Part shown: one piece after another, positions 1 through 9,321 of the stretch
How the letters are laid out: every line of letters begins with the position of its first letter
Numbering within the stretch: position 1 is the stretch's first letter
Source: Magnetospirillum sp. 64-120
GTDB lineage: Bacteria; Pseudomonadota; Alphaproteobacteria; Rhodospirillales; Magnetospirillaceae
NCBI RefSeq assembly: GCF_001898825.1
Contig: NZ_MKVK01000051.1
DNA length: 64,000 bases
Direction: 5' to 3' (one strand)
Translations under genes and position numbers: made by a program
The notes under the pieces: generated by a model
Database searches by the model: none
What the model saw: only the letters and a program-made list of their open reading frames with translations
Told to the model about the DNA's origin: nothing

Positions 1-753
1 CGGCAGCTGACGCACGGCCCAGGGCATCACGCCCACCACACCCATCAGCAACACGATCACCGGCAGGGCCGCCCGACGGCCGGCGAAATGAAACAGCAGG
101 AACATCGGCACCCCCGCCGCCAAGGCCAAGATGGCGGTGCTGGAATAACCAGCCAGGACGCAACCGCCAGTCATGATCAAAGCGATCACCGCGCTGCGGC
201 GACGCCCCGACGCCATCAGGGCGCCAACCAGCGGCCAGCACAGCACGGCGATGACCGAGGTCCCCCGCTTGGTCGAGGACTGGGCATAGATTTCCCAGCC
301 CTCAACGCTGAAATTCAGGCGGTGCACCCAGCCGATAAGCTGGTTGCCGAGAAGCCGATCCAACACCAGCAGCAACAGCGAGAACGCCAATCCGGCCAAG
401 ACGGCGGAAGCGGCCGGACGGAAATCGCGGCTGGTGGCGGCAACGCCCAGCATCAATGCGGCGGCGGCAATGGCGCCGACCTGTCCGGCCCCCTTGAGAC
501 TAAGAAACGGATCCAACGACCAGACGGCGCTGACGGCGGCCAGCAACGGCGTCAACGCCAGCAAAACCACCAGCCGCCGGGGCGGCGGCGTCCACGGACG
601 CGGCGCGGTGGCCAGCAGCAAGACAGCCGCCAGCAACCCCAGCGGCGCCAGCCCCAGCGGCACCAGCAAAGCCATCGGCGGCAACAGGAAATACGCCACC
701 CTGAGGATGCGGTCGGACAAGGAAATCGTGAAGGAAGGGAGCATGCTTGCCAT
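1..753 (-). CDS. O-antigen ligase / Wzy_C-like polytopic membrane protein (C-terminal part lies outside the window)
   Basis: Absent from the ORF track because it runs off the left edge. I read every minus-strand codon from 753 down to 1 and found no stop. Translation from the ATG (complement of 751-753) is MASMLPSFTISLSDRILRVAYFLLPPMALLVPLGLAPLGLLAAVLLLATAP..., strongly hydrophobic and multi-spanning. The listed + ORFs 88-831 and 344-799 are Arg/Gln/Gly-rich shadow frames. An in-frame alternative ATG lies at 789, and neither start has a clear SD. Confidence 0.55.
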   Translation of the reverse strand, partial: MASMLPSFTISLSDRILRVAYFLLPPMALLVPLGLAPLGLLAAVLLLATAPRPWTPPPRRLVVLLALTPLLAAVSAVWSLDPFLSLKGAGQVGAIAAAALMLGVAATSRDFRPAASAVLAGLAFSLLLLVLDRLLGNQLIGWVHRLNFSVEGWEIYAQSSTKRGTSVIAVLCWPLVGALMASGRRRSAVIALIMTGGCVLAGYSSTAILALAAGVPMFLLFHFAGRRAALPVIVLLMGVVGVMPWAVRQLP

Positions 754-885
754 AGTTTTGGCGGTGATCGAAGGTGGCTTATATCCCATCGGCGGCTGAA
801 CCGCCAGATTTGTGCTGCGCCTTGGATTTGACCGGGCTATATGTCGGCTCATCAACTCTGACCATCCGGGCAAGGGGTTTAGCGG

Positions 886-1764
886 ATGCATTTTTGCCTT
901 TCGTGCGCAACGGACCATGCGCAAGCGGACTGGGTCTGCCCGCATTGTGGCTTCACGCCCGAGGTCCGGTCGGGTTTCCGCTGTTTTTCCCCGACCCTGG
1001 CCGACCAGGGCGGCAGCTTCGACGTCGCCAGCTTCGAGGGATTGGCCAAGGCGGAAGATTCCAGTTTCTGGTTTCCGCCGCGCAACCGTCTGATCACTTG
1101 GGCGCTGGGCCATTATTTCCCGCAAGCCTCGTCCTTCCTGGAACTGGGCTGCGGCACCGGTTACGTGCTGTCGGGGGTCAAGCGGGCTTTTCCGCAGATG
1201 ACGGTGACCGGCGCCGACATTTATGTCGAGGGACTGGAACGGGCGCGCCGCCGCCTTCCTGACACGGAACTGATCCAGGTGGACGGTCTGGCCTTGCCAT
1301 ACCGGTCGCATTTCGACGTGGCCGGCGCTTTCGACGTGGTTGAACACATCGATGACGACGTGGGCGCGCTGGAACAGATGAAGCTGGCGGTCAAGCCCGG
1401 TGGCGGAGTGATGGTGGTGGTGCCGCAGCACAAGTTCCTGTGGAGCCGCATCGACGATCTGGCGGCCCATCGCCGCCGCTATTCCCGTGCCATGCTGGAA
1501 CGGGCGGCCACCGCCGCCGGCCTGGAAGTCGTGCGCATCATGTCCTTCGCGGCCTGGACGCTGCCGCTGCAGATGGTTTCACGCATGGTCAGCAAGCCCA
1601 AGGGCGACACCCTGGCCGAAGCCCTGGAACTGCACATGCCGGCAATGCTGCAGCGCTTTCTTGAAGCGGTTCTGGACATCGAACAGGCCACAATCCGTGC
1701 CGGCGTGAATTATCCGTTCGGTGCCTCTCTTCTGCTGATCGCCAAACGCCCGGAGGCAAAATGA
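886..1764 (+). CDS. Class I SAM-dependent methyltransferase with N-terminal Cys4 zinc ribbon
   Basis: 292 aa. The N-terminus has CLSC...CPHC. SAM motif I is LELGCGTGYV, followed by DVVEHIDDD and KPGGGVMVVVP. The stop overlaps the next start (ATGA at 1761-1764). Confidence 0.85.
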   Translation: MHFCLSCATDHAQADWVCPHCGFTPEVRSGFRCFSPTLADQGGSFDVASFEGLAKAEDSSFWFPPRNRLITWALGHYFPQASSFLELGCGTGYVLSGVKRAFPQMTVTGADIYVEGLERARRRLPDTELIQVDGLALPYRSHFDVAGAFDVVEHIDDDVGALEQMKLAVKPGGGVMVVVPQHKFLWSRIDDLAAHRRRYSRAMLERAATAAGLEVVRIMSFAAWTLPLQMVSRMVSKPKGDTLAEALELHMPAMLQRFLEAVLDIEQATIRAGVNYPFGASLLLIAKRPEAK

Positions 1765-2738
1765 GCCCGCGTAAATTCCTCGTCACCGGCGGAACCGGCT
1801 TTCTCGGCGCCGCCTTGGTCAAACATCTGGTGGCCCAGGGTCATCACGTTCGGGTCCTTGACGACAATTCGCGCGGCCGCGACCGCCGGCTGACCGACAT
1901 CGCCGGCCGCTTCGAAATGGTCGGCGGCGACATCCGCGATGCCGACGCCGTCCGCGACGCCATGCGCGGCATGGATTGCTGCTGCCATCTGGCCTATGTG
2001 AACGGCACCGAGTTCTTCTATTCCAAGCCGGAACTGGTGCTTGACGTCGCCGTCCGCGGCATGCTGAACGTCCTTGACGCCTGCCGGGCCGAAAATGTGC
2101 GCGACCTGGTCCTGGCCTCCAGTTCCGAGGTCTATCAGACCCCGCCCATGGTGCCGACGCCGGAAACCGTGCCGTGCTCGGTCCCCGATCCCCTGAACCC
2201 GCGTTATTCCTATGGCGGCGGCAAGCTGGCCTGCGAATTGATGGCCATCAACTGGGGCCGCACCGGCTTTGACCGCGTGGTCATTTTCCGCCCCCACAAC
2301 GTCTATGGTCCTGACATGGGCTGGGAACACGTGGCGCCGCAGTTGGCCTTGCGCCTGAAGCAGATGGCCGACGCCCAGCCCGAAGGCGTGATCACCTTCC
2401 CCATCCAAGGCGACGGTTCGGAAACCCGCGCTTTCGTCCATATCGACGACTTCACCCGGGCCTTGGGTCTGGTCATCGACAAGGGCGAACATCTGGGCAT
2501 CTACCACCTGGGTAACGACGAAGAGGTCTCCATCGCCGACTTCGCCCGCCAGGCCGCCCAGGCCCTGGGCCGCGAAATCATCCTTGCCCCCGGCCCACTG
2601 ATGCCCGGCGGCACCCCCCGTCGTTGTCCCGACATCTCGAAGATCAAGGCCTTGGGCTTCGTCCCGCAGATCCCGCTGGCCCAGGGATTGCCGCCGGTGG
2701 TCCAGTGGTACGCCGAGAACGCCCACCTCAAGGGCTGA
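1761..2738 (+). CDS. NAD-dependent NDP-sugar epimerase/dehydratase/decarboxylase (extended SDR)
   Basis: 325 aa. Rossmann motif VTGGTGFLGAALV and catalytic YxxxK (YGGGK). The C-terminal RRCPDISKIKALGF is paralogous to RRCPDMTKTVAATGL of the 7181-8173 protein. Confidence 0.9.
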   Translation: MSPRKFLVTGGTGFLGAALVKHLVAQGHHVRVLDDNSRGRDRRLTDIAGRFEMVGGDIRDADAVRDAMRGMDCCCHLAYVNGTEFFYSKPELVLDVAVRGMLNVLDACRAENVRDLVLASSSEVYQTPPMVPTPETVPCSVPDPLNPRYSYGGGKLACELMAINWGRTGFDRVVIFRPHNVYGPDMGWEHVAPQLALRLKQMADAQPEGVITFPIQGDGSETRAFVHIDDFTRALGLVIDKGEHLGIYHLGNDEEVSIADFARQAAQALGREIILAPGPLMPGGTPRRCPDISKIKALGFVPQIPLAQGLPPVVQWYAENAHLKG

Positions 2739-4200
2739 CGCGACGGTCCCAGATACCCATGTCGGCACAGGTCTCGGGCCGACGGACATAACCGTCCAGG
2801 CTGGCGCCGTCCACCTGGACGGCCTCGGTCGTGCCGGGCAGAACCACCGCCGTGAAATATCCTGCCGCCACCAGGCCGCCGATGCCGCCATCCGCGAAGG
2901 TGCGGCCACGCTGGCGGTCACGGTCGTAGACGAAGGACAGCACGAACGGCTCGTTGCCGGGGGTGATCCACGGCAACGAAAGATACTGGTTGGCGACATA
3001 GAAAGGACGGGTCAGCGGCTTTAGGCACTCGCGCATGGCGGCGAAGGCCACGTGCTGCTGGCGCAGGTCGGTCATTCCGCCCCGTCCGACAAGCGACATG
3101 CCGGCAAACACCGCCGTCGCCGCCAGTCCGGCCAACGCCGGCACCACCATCGGCCGCCATCCCGACAAAGGCCCGAAAACGGTTGCGCGCAGAACCAGCA
3201 AGGCTGCCGACACGGTGGGAACGAACAGATAGTTTTCCGCCGCGCCATCCTGGAAACTGGCCAGGAAGGCCAAACCAAGCCCGGAAAACGTGCAGCACGC
3301 AAGTATCACCAAAATGTCGTCGGCCCAGGCCCGAGCCAATTGCCGGGATCGGACCAAGGCAAACAACGCTCCCGCCGCGCCGCCCCAGACCGGTGCCCCC
3401 TTGGCCAGCCCCAGCCCCATGGTGAACAGCATGCTGCTGACGGCGAAGCGTAAGGGGATGTCGGCGAACAGCACGCTTGCCCGGTACTGCGCCCCACCCA
3501 TCCACAAGGTGCCGCCGAACAAGGCCACCATGACCGCCACCAGAACGGCAAGATCGGCGAAACGACGGCGCACCAGCAAGAACAGCCCGACACCGACCAG
3601 GCTGGTGATCGCGGCCTGCTTGAACGACCACGCCAACCAGACGAACAGGGCGAAACCCAGCAAAGCACCAATCGGACGGGCGGACCAACGCCGGCACAGC
3701 CAGGCCAGGCCGGCCAGCTCACAGGCCATGGCCCAAACGTCGGGGCGGACGGTCACCGGCCAGAATCCGAACAACGGGCCGCAAAAAACAGCAAGGACAG
3801 CCACAACCGGCCACGGACGGCCGACCTGCAGCCACCGCCCCAGACGATAAAATATAGTGGCGGCGACACCCATTGCGCACAAAGTGAACAACCGGCCGAT
3901 GGTCGGCAGCCAGTCATCCGCCAAACTCAACGCCGACCGCACCTCGGCCACCACCATTCCATAGGACTGGTAGAACAGCCAATTGAAGAAAACCGCGTTA
4001 TAGGGGCGCTGGAACCGGTCCGCATAGACGTCAAGACCGTTGACCGCCTTCCACACCGCGAACAGCGAGGCGGCTTCGTCGCCACTGGAAAACAATTGCA
4101 AGGCGACGTCCAGCGACACCGTTCCATGCAGGCGGGCCAACGCCAGTCCCACCACCGGCGTCAACAACAGGGCAACGGCAAAGGCGAGTGGTCGGTTCAT
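2728..4200 (-). CDS. Polytopic membrane protein, candidate GT-C (ArnT/PMT-like) glycosyltransferase
   Basis: 490 aa with many hydrophobic spans. It has an acidic SSGDEAASLF motif early in the protein, as in the first extracytoplasmic loop of GT-C enzymes. Its start overlaps the stop of the upstream dehydrogenase (ATGA on the minus strand, 4197-4200). The family assignment is tentative. Confidence 0.65.
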   Translation of the reverse strand: MNRPLAFAVALLLTPVVGLALARLHGTVSLDVALQLFSSGDEAASLFAVWKAVNGLDVYADRFQRPYNAVFFNWLFYQSYGMVVAEVRSALSLADDWLPTIGRLFTLCAMGVAATIFYRLGRWLQVGRPWPVVAVLAVFCGPLFGFWPVTVRPDVWAMACELAGLAWLCRRWSARPIGALLGFALFVWLAWSFKQAAITSLVGVGLFLLVRRRFADLAVLVAVMVALFGGTLWMGGAQYRASVLFADIPLRFAVSSMLFTMGLGLAKGAPVWGGAAGALFALVRSRQLARAWADDILVILACCTFSGLGLAFLASFQDGAAENYLFVPTVSAALLVLRATVFGPLSGWRPMVVPALAGLAATAVFAGMSLVGRGGMTDLRQQHVAFAAMRECLKPLTRPFYVANQYLSLPWITPGNEPFVLSFVYDRDRQRGRTFADGGIGGLVAAGYFTAVVLPGTTEAVQVDGASLDGYVRRPETCADMGIWDRRVSP

Positions 4201-5423
4201 ATGGGGGCGCGATTCAGCATTCCCCAGATGTCGATCAGCGGCTTATTCCCCACATCCAGGTCGCGGTAGGCCTGGTGGGGCGTACACAGGATCAGGATAT
4301 CGCTTTCCCGCACCACCTGGTCCAGCGGCAGCAAGGTCGGATCGTCCTTGGCGCTGACGAAGGGATCGGTGGCCAACACCTTGCCCGCATGCAGGGCCAG
4401 CATCTTGCGCATCTTGTAGCTGAGCGAGGCGCGGACGTCGTCCACTTCCGCCTTGAAGGCCATGCCCAACAGCCCGACCTTCATGCCCGCCAGATCGTAA
4501 CGCCGTTCCAACCGCTCGATCACGTACAGCACCAAGCCTTCGTTAACCAGCATGGCGGCATGGCCCAGGTTGAACTGGTTGCCCGCGAAGGACGACAACT
4601 GCATGGTGTCCTTGAACAGGCAGGGGCCGGCGGTAAGGCCGGGCTTGGGCATGTCCTTGGCCCGCGGATAATTGTGGGTCATCGCCTGGTGGATGTTGAA
4701 ATAGTCCACGCCGGCATTGTTGGCGATCATGTAGAACTGATTGGCGATGGCGAACTGGATGTAGCGGTAGGTGTTGTTGAACAGCTTGGCGAATTCCGCT
4801 TCCATCGGCTTGACCCGGACGATTTCCGGGGCCAGCTTGCCGAACAGGGCGGCGGCGGCATCCTCGGCCTCGGGGGTGGTGGCCGAGACGATCTGGGGCA
4901 TGTTGTGCAGTTCGCGGATGGCATAACCCTGAACCACCCGTTCCGGGCAAAAGGCGATCTTCAGGGACCGCCCGCTTTCCGCCACGTGGCGGTCCAGCCA
5001 TTGCGTTGTGCCGGGAAACACGGTCGAGCGCAGCACCAGCAACTGACCATCGGTCAAACGTGGCAACAGAGAATCGATGCAGCCCTGCACGGCCTTGTGC
5101 ACGGGGTTAAGAAATTCGTCCACCGGCGTGCCGATGGTCAGGATCACCGCCCCCGTAGAGGGGATGTCCTGATCCGACGAGGTCATGAACAACCGCCCCG
5201 AGGCCAAGGCACGGTCCAGATAAGGCTGGGCGTCGTATTCCACCGCCGGCAGGTTGCCGGCACGGATATCGGCCAAAGCCGCCGGATTGATGTCATAGAT
5301 CAGGACGTTCAGTCCCTGATCGCAGAATGACAGAGCCAGCGGCAACCCGACATGACCGGCACCGCCAACCACCGTCACATCAATCTCGACACCCTCGGCA
5401 CCACTGAAACGAATCGCGTCCAT
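4197..5423 (-). CDS. Nucleotide-sugar dehydrogenase (UDP-glucose/GDP-mannose dehydrogenase family)
   Basis: The ORF track gives 500 aa from 5699, but family-like sequence begins at MDAIRFSGAEGVEIDVTVVGGAGHVGLPLA (ATG = complement of 5421-5423). A GGAGAGG Shine-Dalgarno sits 7 nt upstream. NAD GxGxxG motif and catalytic-Cys motif GPCLFKDT are present. Confidence 0.9.
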   Translation of the reverse strand: MDAIRFSGAEGVEIDVTVVGGAGHVGLPLALSFCDQGLNVLIYDINPAALADIRAGNLPAVEYDAQPYLDRALASGRLFMTSSDQDIPSTGAVILTIGTPVDEFLNPVHKAVQGCIDSLLPRLTDGQLLVLRSTVFPGTTQWLDRHVAESGRSLKIAFCPERVVQGYAIRELHNMPQIVSATTPEAEDAAAALFGKLAPEIVRVKPMEAEFAKLFNNTYRYIQFAIANQFYMIANNAGVDYFNIHQAMTHNYPRAKDMPKPGLTAGPCLFKDTMQLSSFAGNQFNLGHAAMLVNEGLVLYVIERLERRYDLAGMKVGLLGMAFKAEVDDVRASLSYKMRKMLALHAGKVLATDPFVSAKDDPTLLPLDQVVRESDILILCTPHQAYRDLDVGNKPLIDIWGMLNRAPI

Positions 5424-5456
5424 GCCCCTGCCTCTCCAAATAAAGCAAGACCTTGT

Positions 5457-5462
5457 ATTATA
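5457..5462 (-). promoter_or_regulatory. Perfect TATAAT -10 hexamer upstream of the 4197-5423 dehydrogenase operon
   Basis: The minus strand reads cggTATAATacaaggtcttgctttatttGGAGAGGcaggggcATG. The hexamer starts 39 nt upstream of the ATG. No convincing -35 was found at 17-nt spacing (ACTTCT only). Confidence 0.3.
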
Positions 5463-5750
5463 CCGATCGGCCAGGGACAAGAAGTCTCGATCAGGCTCCG
5501 TACCCACGGGGCGGAACTGAACCTCGTCCGTCCAGATCTTTGGCCCGATAGGCGGGGGGCGAGCCGCCGGTTCCCGACACGGAAGCCGCAGACCAACGGC
5601 TTGACCGGCGCAAACACGGCCCCGCTCCATCCTGACCGGGCCAGCTTGGTCCGAAACACCCAATGGCCGGCAAGCGTGCGTGTAGACACGCAAGGGCAAG
5701 CAGGGCTACATTTCCGCCGTTTTCTCAGACTGAGGGCAGCCCGCTCCCCG

Positions 5751-7184
5751 ATGAATTCTCCGTCTTTCCCCCAGCCCCCCCGTTCCGGCGACCGCTCCAC
5801 TCGCCCGGTGGTGTGCATCCAAGGCCTGGGCTTCGTCGGCGCCGCCATGGCTGCCGCTGTCGCCATGGCCCGCACCCCCGACGGGGAACCGGCTTTCGAC
5901 GTCATCGGCGTCGACCTCCCCTCGGCCAAGGGCCGTGCCGCCATCGACGCCCTCAATGACGGGCGCTTCCCGTTCGAGACCCTGGACCCCAAGCTCGACG
6001 CCGCCATCGCCCAGGCCCGCGCCGTCGGCAACCTGTCGGCCACCGACGACGACAGTGTCTATGCCCATGCCGCGGTGGTCTGCGTCGATGTGCACCTTGA
6101 CGTGGTCCGCGATGACGACGGCAAGCCGGCCGCTGATCATTCCATCATCCGCAAGGCGGCCGAGATCCTGGGAGCGCGCATTCCTGCCGAATGTCTGGTG
6201 GTGGTCGAAACCACGGTGCCGCCGGGCACCTGCGACAAAGTGGTGCTGCCGGCGCTCCGCGACGGCTTCGCCGCTCGTGGGTTGGACCCCGATCAGGTGA
6301 TGCTGGCCCATTCCTACGAACGGGTGATGCCGGGCGAGAACTATCTGGATTCCATCGTCAATTTCTGGCGTGTCTTCGCCGCCAACGACGATCGTGCCGG
6401 CCGGGCCTGTGAAAAGTTCCTGTCCCAGGTCATCAACGTCAACCGGTTCCCGCTGACCCGGCTGGACCGCATCATCGCCTCGGAAACCGCCAAGGTTCTG
6501 GAAAACAGCTACCGCGCCACCACCATCGCTTTCATGGAGGAATGGGGCCGTTTCGCCGAGGCGGTGGGCATCGACATGTTCCAGATCGTCGATGCCATCC
6601 GTCAGCGGCCCACCCATTCCAACATGCGCACCCCCGGCTTCGGTGTGGGCGGGTATTGCCTGACCAAGGATCCGCTGTTGACCGCCATCGCCGCCCGTGA
6701 CCTGTTCGGGATCGAGCTGGATTTCCCGCTGTCGCGTCAGGCGGTAGAGATCAACGCCCGCATGCCGCTGGCCAGCCTGGACCTGTTGCAGGGACTGGTC
6801 GGTGACGTCGCCGGCAAGACCGTGCTGGTCTGCGGTGTCAGCTATCGCCCCGGCGTCGCCGACACCCGCTATGCCCCGGCGGAAATCCTGGTCCGCGAAC
6901 TGGAAAAGCGCGGCGCCAGCGTGTTGCTGACCGATCCACTGGTCGGCCACTGGGAAGAACTGGGCCGCAACGTTCCCCGATCCCCGCCGCCGGCGACGGG
7001 AGTCGACGGCGTGATCTTCGCCGTCGAGCATGGTCAATACCGCCAACTCGACGTGGCCGCTTGGTTGGGAACCGCCCGTCCGGCGGTGGTGGACGCGTCC
7101 AATGTTTTGACCGCCGCCCAGCGGCAGGCTTTCAAGCAAGCCGGATGTCGCGTCGCCGGCATCGGCAGGGGAGAACACAGTTGA
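5751..7184 (+). CDS. Nucleotide-sugar dehydrogenase (WecC/Cap5O-like, UDP-glucose/GDP-mannose dehydrogenase family)
   Basis: The tracked 610-aa ORF (from 5352) carries an implausible Arg/Pro-rich leader that covers the divergent intergenic region. Family-like sequence starts at the in-frame ATG 5751 (MNSPSF...VVCIQGLGFVGAAMA). Catalytic motif GVGGYCLTKDP. The stop overlaps the next start (TTGA at 7181-7184). Confidence 0.85.
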   Translation: MNSPSFPQPPRSGDRSTRPVVCIQGLGFVGAAMAAAVAMARTPDGEPAFDVIGVDLPSAKGRAAIDALNDGRFPFETLDPKLDAAIAQARAVGNLSATDDDSVYAHAAVVCVDVHLDVVRDDDGKPAADHSIIRKAAEILGARIPAECLVVVETTVPPGTCDKVVLPALRDGFAARGLDPDQVMLAHSYERVMPGENYLDSIVNFWRVFAANDDRAGRACEKFLSQVINVNRFPLTRLDRIIASETAKVLENSYRATTIAFMEEWGRFAEAVGIDMFQIVDAIRQRPTHSNMRTPGFGVGGYCLTKDPLLTAIAARDLFGIELDFPLSRQAVEINARMPLASLDLLQGLVGDVAGKTVLVCGVSYRPGVADTRYAPAEILVRELEKRGASVLLTDPLVGHWEELGRNVPRSPPPATGVDGVIFAVEHGQYRQLDVAAWLGTARPAVVDASNVLTAAQRQAFKQAGCRVAGIGRGEHS

Positions 7185-8173
7185 GCAAGGTCCTGATCAC
7201 CGGCGGCGCCGGCTTCATCGGTTTCCATCTGGCCACGGCGCTGGTCGCCGATGGTCATGCCGTCGACCTGCTTGACGACTTTTCCCGCGGTGTCGGCGAC
7301 GCCGAACTGAAGGCGTTGCTGGATCGCCCGTCGGTTCGCTGCCTGACCGTGGATCTGCGCGATCACGACAAGGTGGTGGCGCTGGATGACGATTACGACC
7401 ACATCTACCACCTGGCCGCCATCATCGGTGTCGCCCATGTGATGAGCCGTCCTTACGCGGTCCTGGCCGACAACGTGGCCATGCTGGCCAACGTCATCGA
7501 GTTGGCCCGCCGCCAAAAGCATCTGGCGCGTCTGCTGTTCACCTCGACCAGCGAGGTGATGGTGGGATCGCTGCAGCATCTGGACCTGCCGGTGCCAACG
7601 CCGGAAACCGCCGTGGTCGCCCTGCCCGACCTGGCCCATCCGCGCACCAGCTACATGCTGTCGAAGCTTTACGGCGAGGCCATGTGCCTGCAGTCTGGCC
7701 TGCCCGTCACCATCATCCGCCCACACAATTTCTATGGGCCGCGCATGGGCATGAGCCACGTGGTCCCCGAATTGCTGGCCAAGGCCCATGCCCTGCCGGC
7801 GGGCGGCGTGCTGCCGGTGGCCTCGGTCGAGCATCGCCGGGCGTTTTGCTATATCGACGACGCCGTCACCCTAATGCGGGCGTTGATGGACAAGCCAGCC
7901 GGCTTGGGCGGCGTCTTCAACATCGGCAACCAGGACCAGGAAATCAGCATCGGCGACTTGGCCCAGGTGCTGATCGACACCGTCGGCAAGGGCCTGTCCA
8001 TCCAGGCCGGGGAAGTGCACCCCGGATCGCCCAGCCGCCGTTGCCCCGACATGACCAAGACGGTGGCCGCCACCGGTTTGTCTCCGGTGGTCTCGCTGCA
8101 AGACGGCGTCGCCCGCACCTATGCCTGGTACCGGGCCAATGTCTTCGACGGAAAGGGACCCAGCGCCAAATGA
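7181..8173 (+). CDS. Extended-SDR NDP-sugar 4,6-dehydratase/epimerase (LegB/PseB-position enzyme)
   Basis: TTG start at 7181, in frame with tracked ORF 7061-8173, gives (M)SKVLITGGAGFIGFHLATAL. Motifs STSEV and YMLSK (YxxxK) are present. It lies directly upstream of, and overlapping, the aminotransferase (ATGA at 8170). Confidence 0.8.
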   Translation: MSKVLITGGAGFIGFHLATALVADGHAVDLLDDFSRGVGDAELKALLDRPSVRCLTVDLRDHDKVVALDDDYDHIYHLAAIIGVAHVMSRPYAVLADNVAMLANVIELARRQKHLARLLFTSTSEVMVGSLQHLDLPVPTPETAVVALPDLAHPRTSYMLSKLYGEAMCLQSGLPVTIIRPHNFYGPRMGMSHVVPELLAKAHALPAGGVLPVASVEHRRAFCYIDDAVTLMRALMDKPAGLGGVFNIGNQDQEISIGDLAQVLIDTVGKGLSIQAGEVHPGSPSRRCPDMTKTVAATGLSPVVSLQDGVARTYAWYRANVFDGKGPSAK

Positions 8174-9321
8174 TCCCCTTGGCCGTCCCCGACCTGTCGG
8201 GCAACGAAGCCCGCTATTTGCAGGAATGCGTCACCAGCACCTTCGTGTCGTCGGTGGGGCCGTTCGTCGATCGTTTCGAGACCATGGTCGCCCAGGCCGC
8301 CGGCGCCACCGGAGCCGTCGCCTGCGCCTCGGGCACCAGCGCGCTGCACGCCGCCTTGCTGGCGGTGGGGGTCGGACGCGACGATCTGGTCATCCTGCCC
8401 AGCTTCACCTTCATCGCCAGCGCCAACGCCGTTGCCCATTGCGGCGCCACGCCTTGGTTGTTCGACGTCGACGCGGCCAGCTGGACCCTGGACCCGGCTT
8501 TGGTCGCCGCCGAACTGGCCGCCCACTGCCACCGTGACGGCGACCGGGTGATCCACGGGCCGAGCGGACGCCGGGTCGCCGCCATGGTGCCCGTCCACGT
8601 CCTGGGCATGCCCGCCGACATGGACCCGCTGATCGAAGTGGCCCGCGCGTGGGGACTGAAAGTGGTGGCCGACGGCGCCGCCGCCCTTGGTGCAGCCTAC
8701 AAGGGCCGCCCCATCGGTCAACTGGGCGCCGATTTGACCATGGTGTCCTTCAACGGCAACAAGACGGTGACCGCCGGCGGCGGCGGCGCGGTGATCGGCA
8801 ACGACGCCGACCTGCTGAAGCTGGTCCGCCACCTGACCACCACCGCCCGGGTCGGCGCCGATTACGATCACGACCGCGTCGGCTATAACTACCGCATGAC
8901 CAATCTGCAGGCCGCCGTCGGCTGCGCCCAAATGGAACGGCTGGATCAATTGGTGGCGGCGAAGCGCCGTATCGCCGCCGGTTACGACGACGCCTTGGCC
9001 GACATCAAGGGAATCGGCCGTTTCCCGGTGCCCGATTACGCGCTTTCAGCCTGCTGGTTCTCGGGGGCCATCGTGCAGCCGCCCCTGCCGTCAGTGGCGG
9101 AAATCCGCCCCCGCTTGCGCCAGGCCGGCATCGACGCCCGTCCGTTCTGGAAACCCATGCATCTGCAGGCACCCTTCGCTGCCGCGCCGCGCACCAAGCA
9201 GGACGTGGCCGACGCGGTGTGGCCGACGGTGCTGACCCTGCCCTGTTCGACCCATCTGAGCGACGCCGAGCAAGCCCAGGTGATCGCCGCCTTGCGCTCG
9301 ATACTGGAAAATGCCCCATGA
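8170..9321 (+). CDS. DegT/DnrJ/EryC1-family PLP aminotransferase (LegC/PseC-like)
   Basis: In-frame ATG at 8170 gives MIPLAVPDLSGNEARYLQECV... Motifs ASGTSALHAALLA, VILPSFTFIASANA and the PLP-lysine region SFNGNKTVTAGGGG. The tracked 545-aa version (from 7684) is an overextension into the upstream gene. Confidence 0.9.
   Translation: MIPLAVPDLSGNEARYLQECVTSTFVSSVGPFVDRFETMVAQAAGATGAVACASGTSALHAALLAVGVGRDDLVILPSFTFIASANAVAHCGATPWLFDVDAASWTLDPALVAAELAAHCHRDGDRVIHGPSGRRVAAMVPVHVLGMPADMDPLIEVARAWGLKVVADGAAALGAAYKGRPIGQLGADLTMVSFNGNKTVTAGGGGAVIGNDADLLKLVRHLTTTARVGADYDHDRVGYNYRMTNLQAAVGCAQMERLDQLVAAKRRIAAGYDDALADIKGIGRFPVPDYALSACWFSGAIVQPPLPSVAEIRPRLRQAGIDARPFWKPMHLQAPFAAAPRTKQDVADAVWPTVLTLPCSTHLSDAEQAQVIAALRSILENAP

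Noticed and set aside
88-831. 247-aa and 151-aa + strand ORFs at the left edge
   Set aside because: The translations are Arg/Gln/Gly-rich with no motifs. The opposite strand carries an uninterrupted hydrophobic membrane-protein frame (checked codon by codon), which is the more credible gene.
5677-5692. Small palindrome tgcgtgt-ag-acacgca in the divergent 5424-5750 intergenic region, considered as an operator
   Set aside because: It has 7-bp arms only, occurs once, and has no known matching regulator in the window. This is too weak to report as a regulatory site.
5352-5750. N-terminal extensions of tracked ORFs (5352, 5699, 7061, 7684, 9219, 13364, 22446, 26462, 27216, 33754, 35168, 43024, 52624, 56041)
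   Set aside because: The extensions overlap the upstream gene or an intergenic promoter region and translate to Arg/Pro-rich junk. Internal in-frame starts coincide with the beginning of family homology and usually form ATGA/GTGA/TTGA overlaps with the preceding stop.
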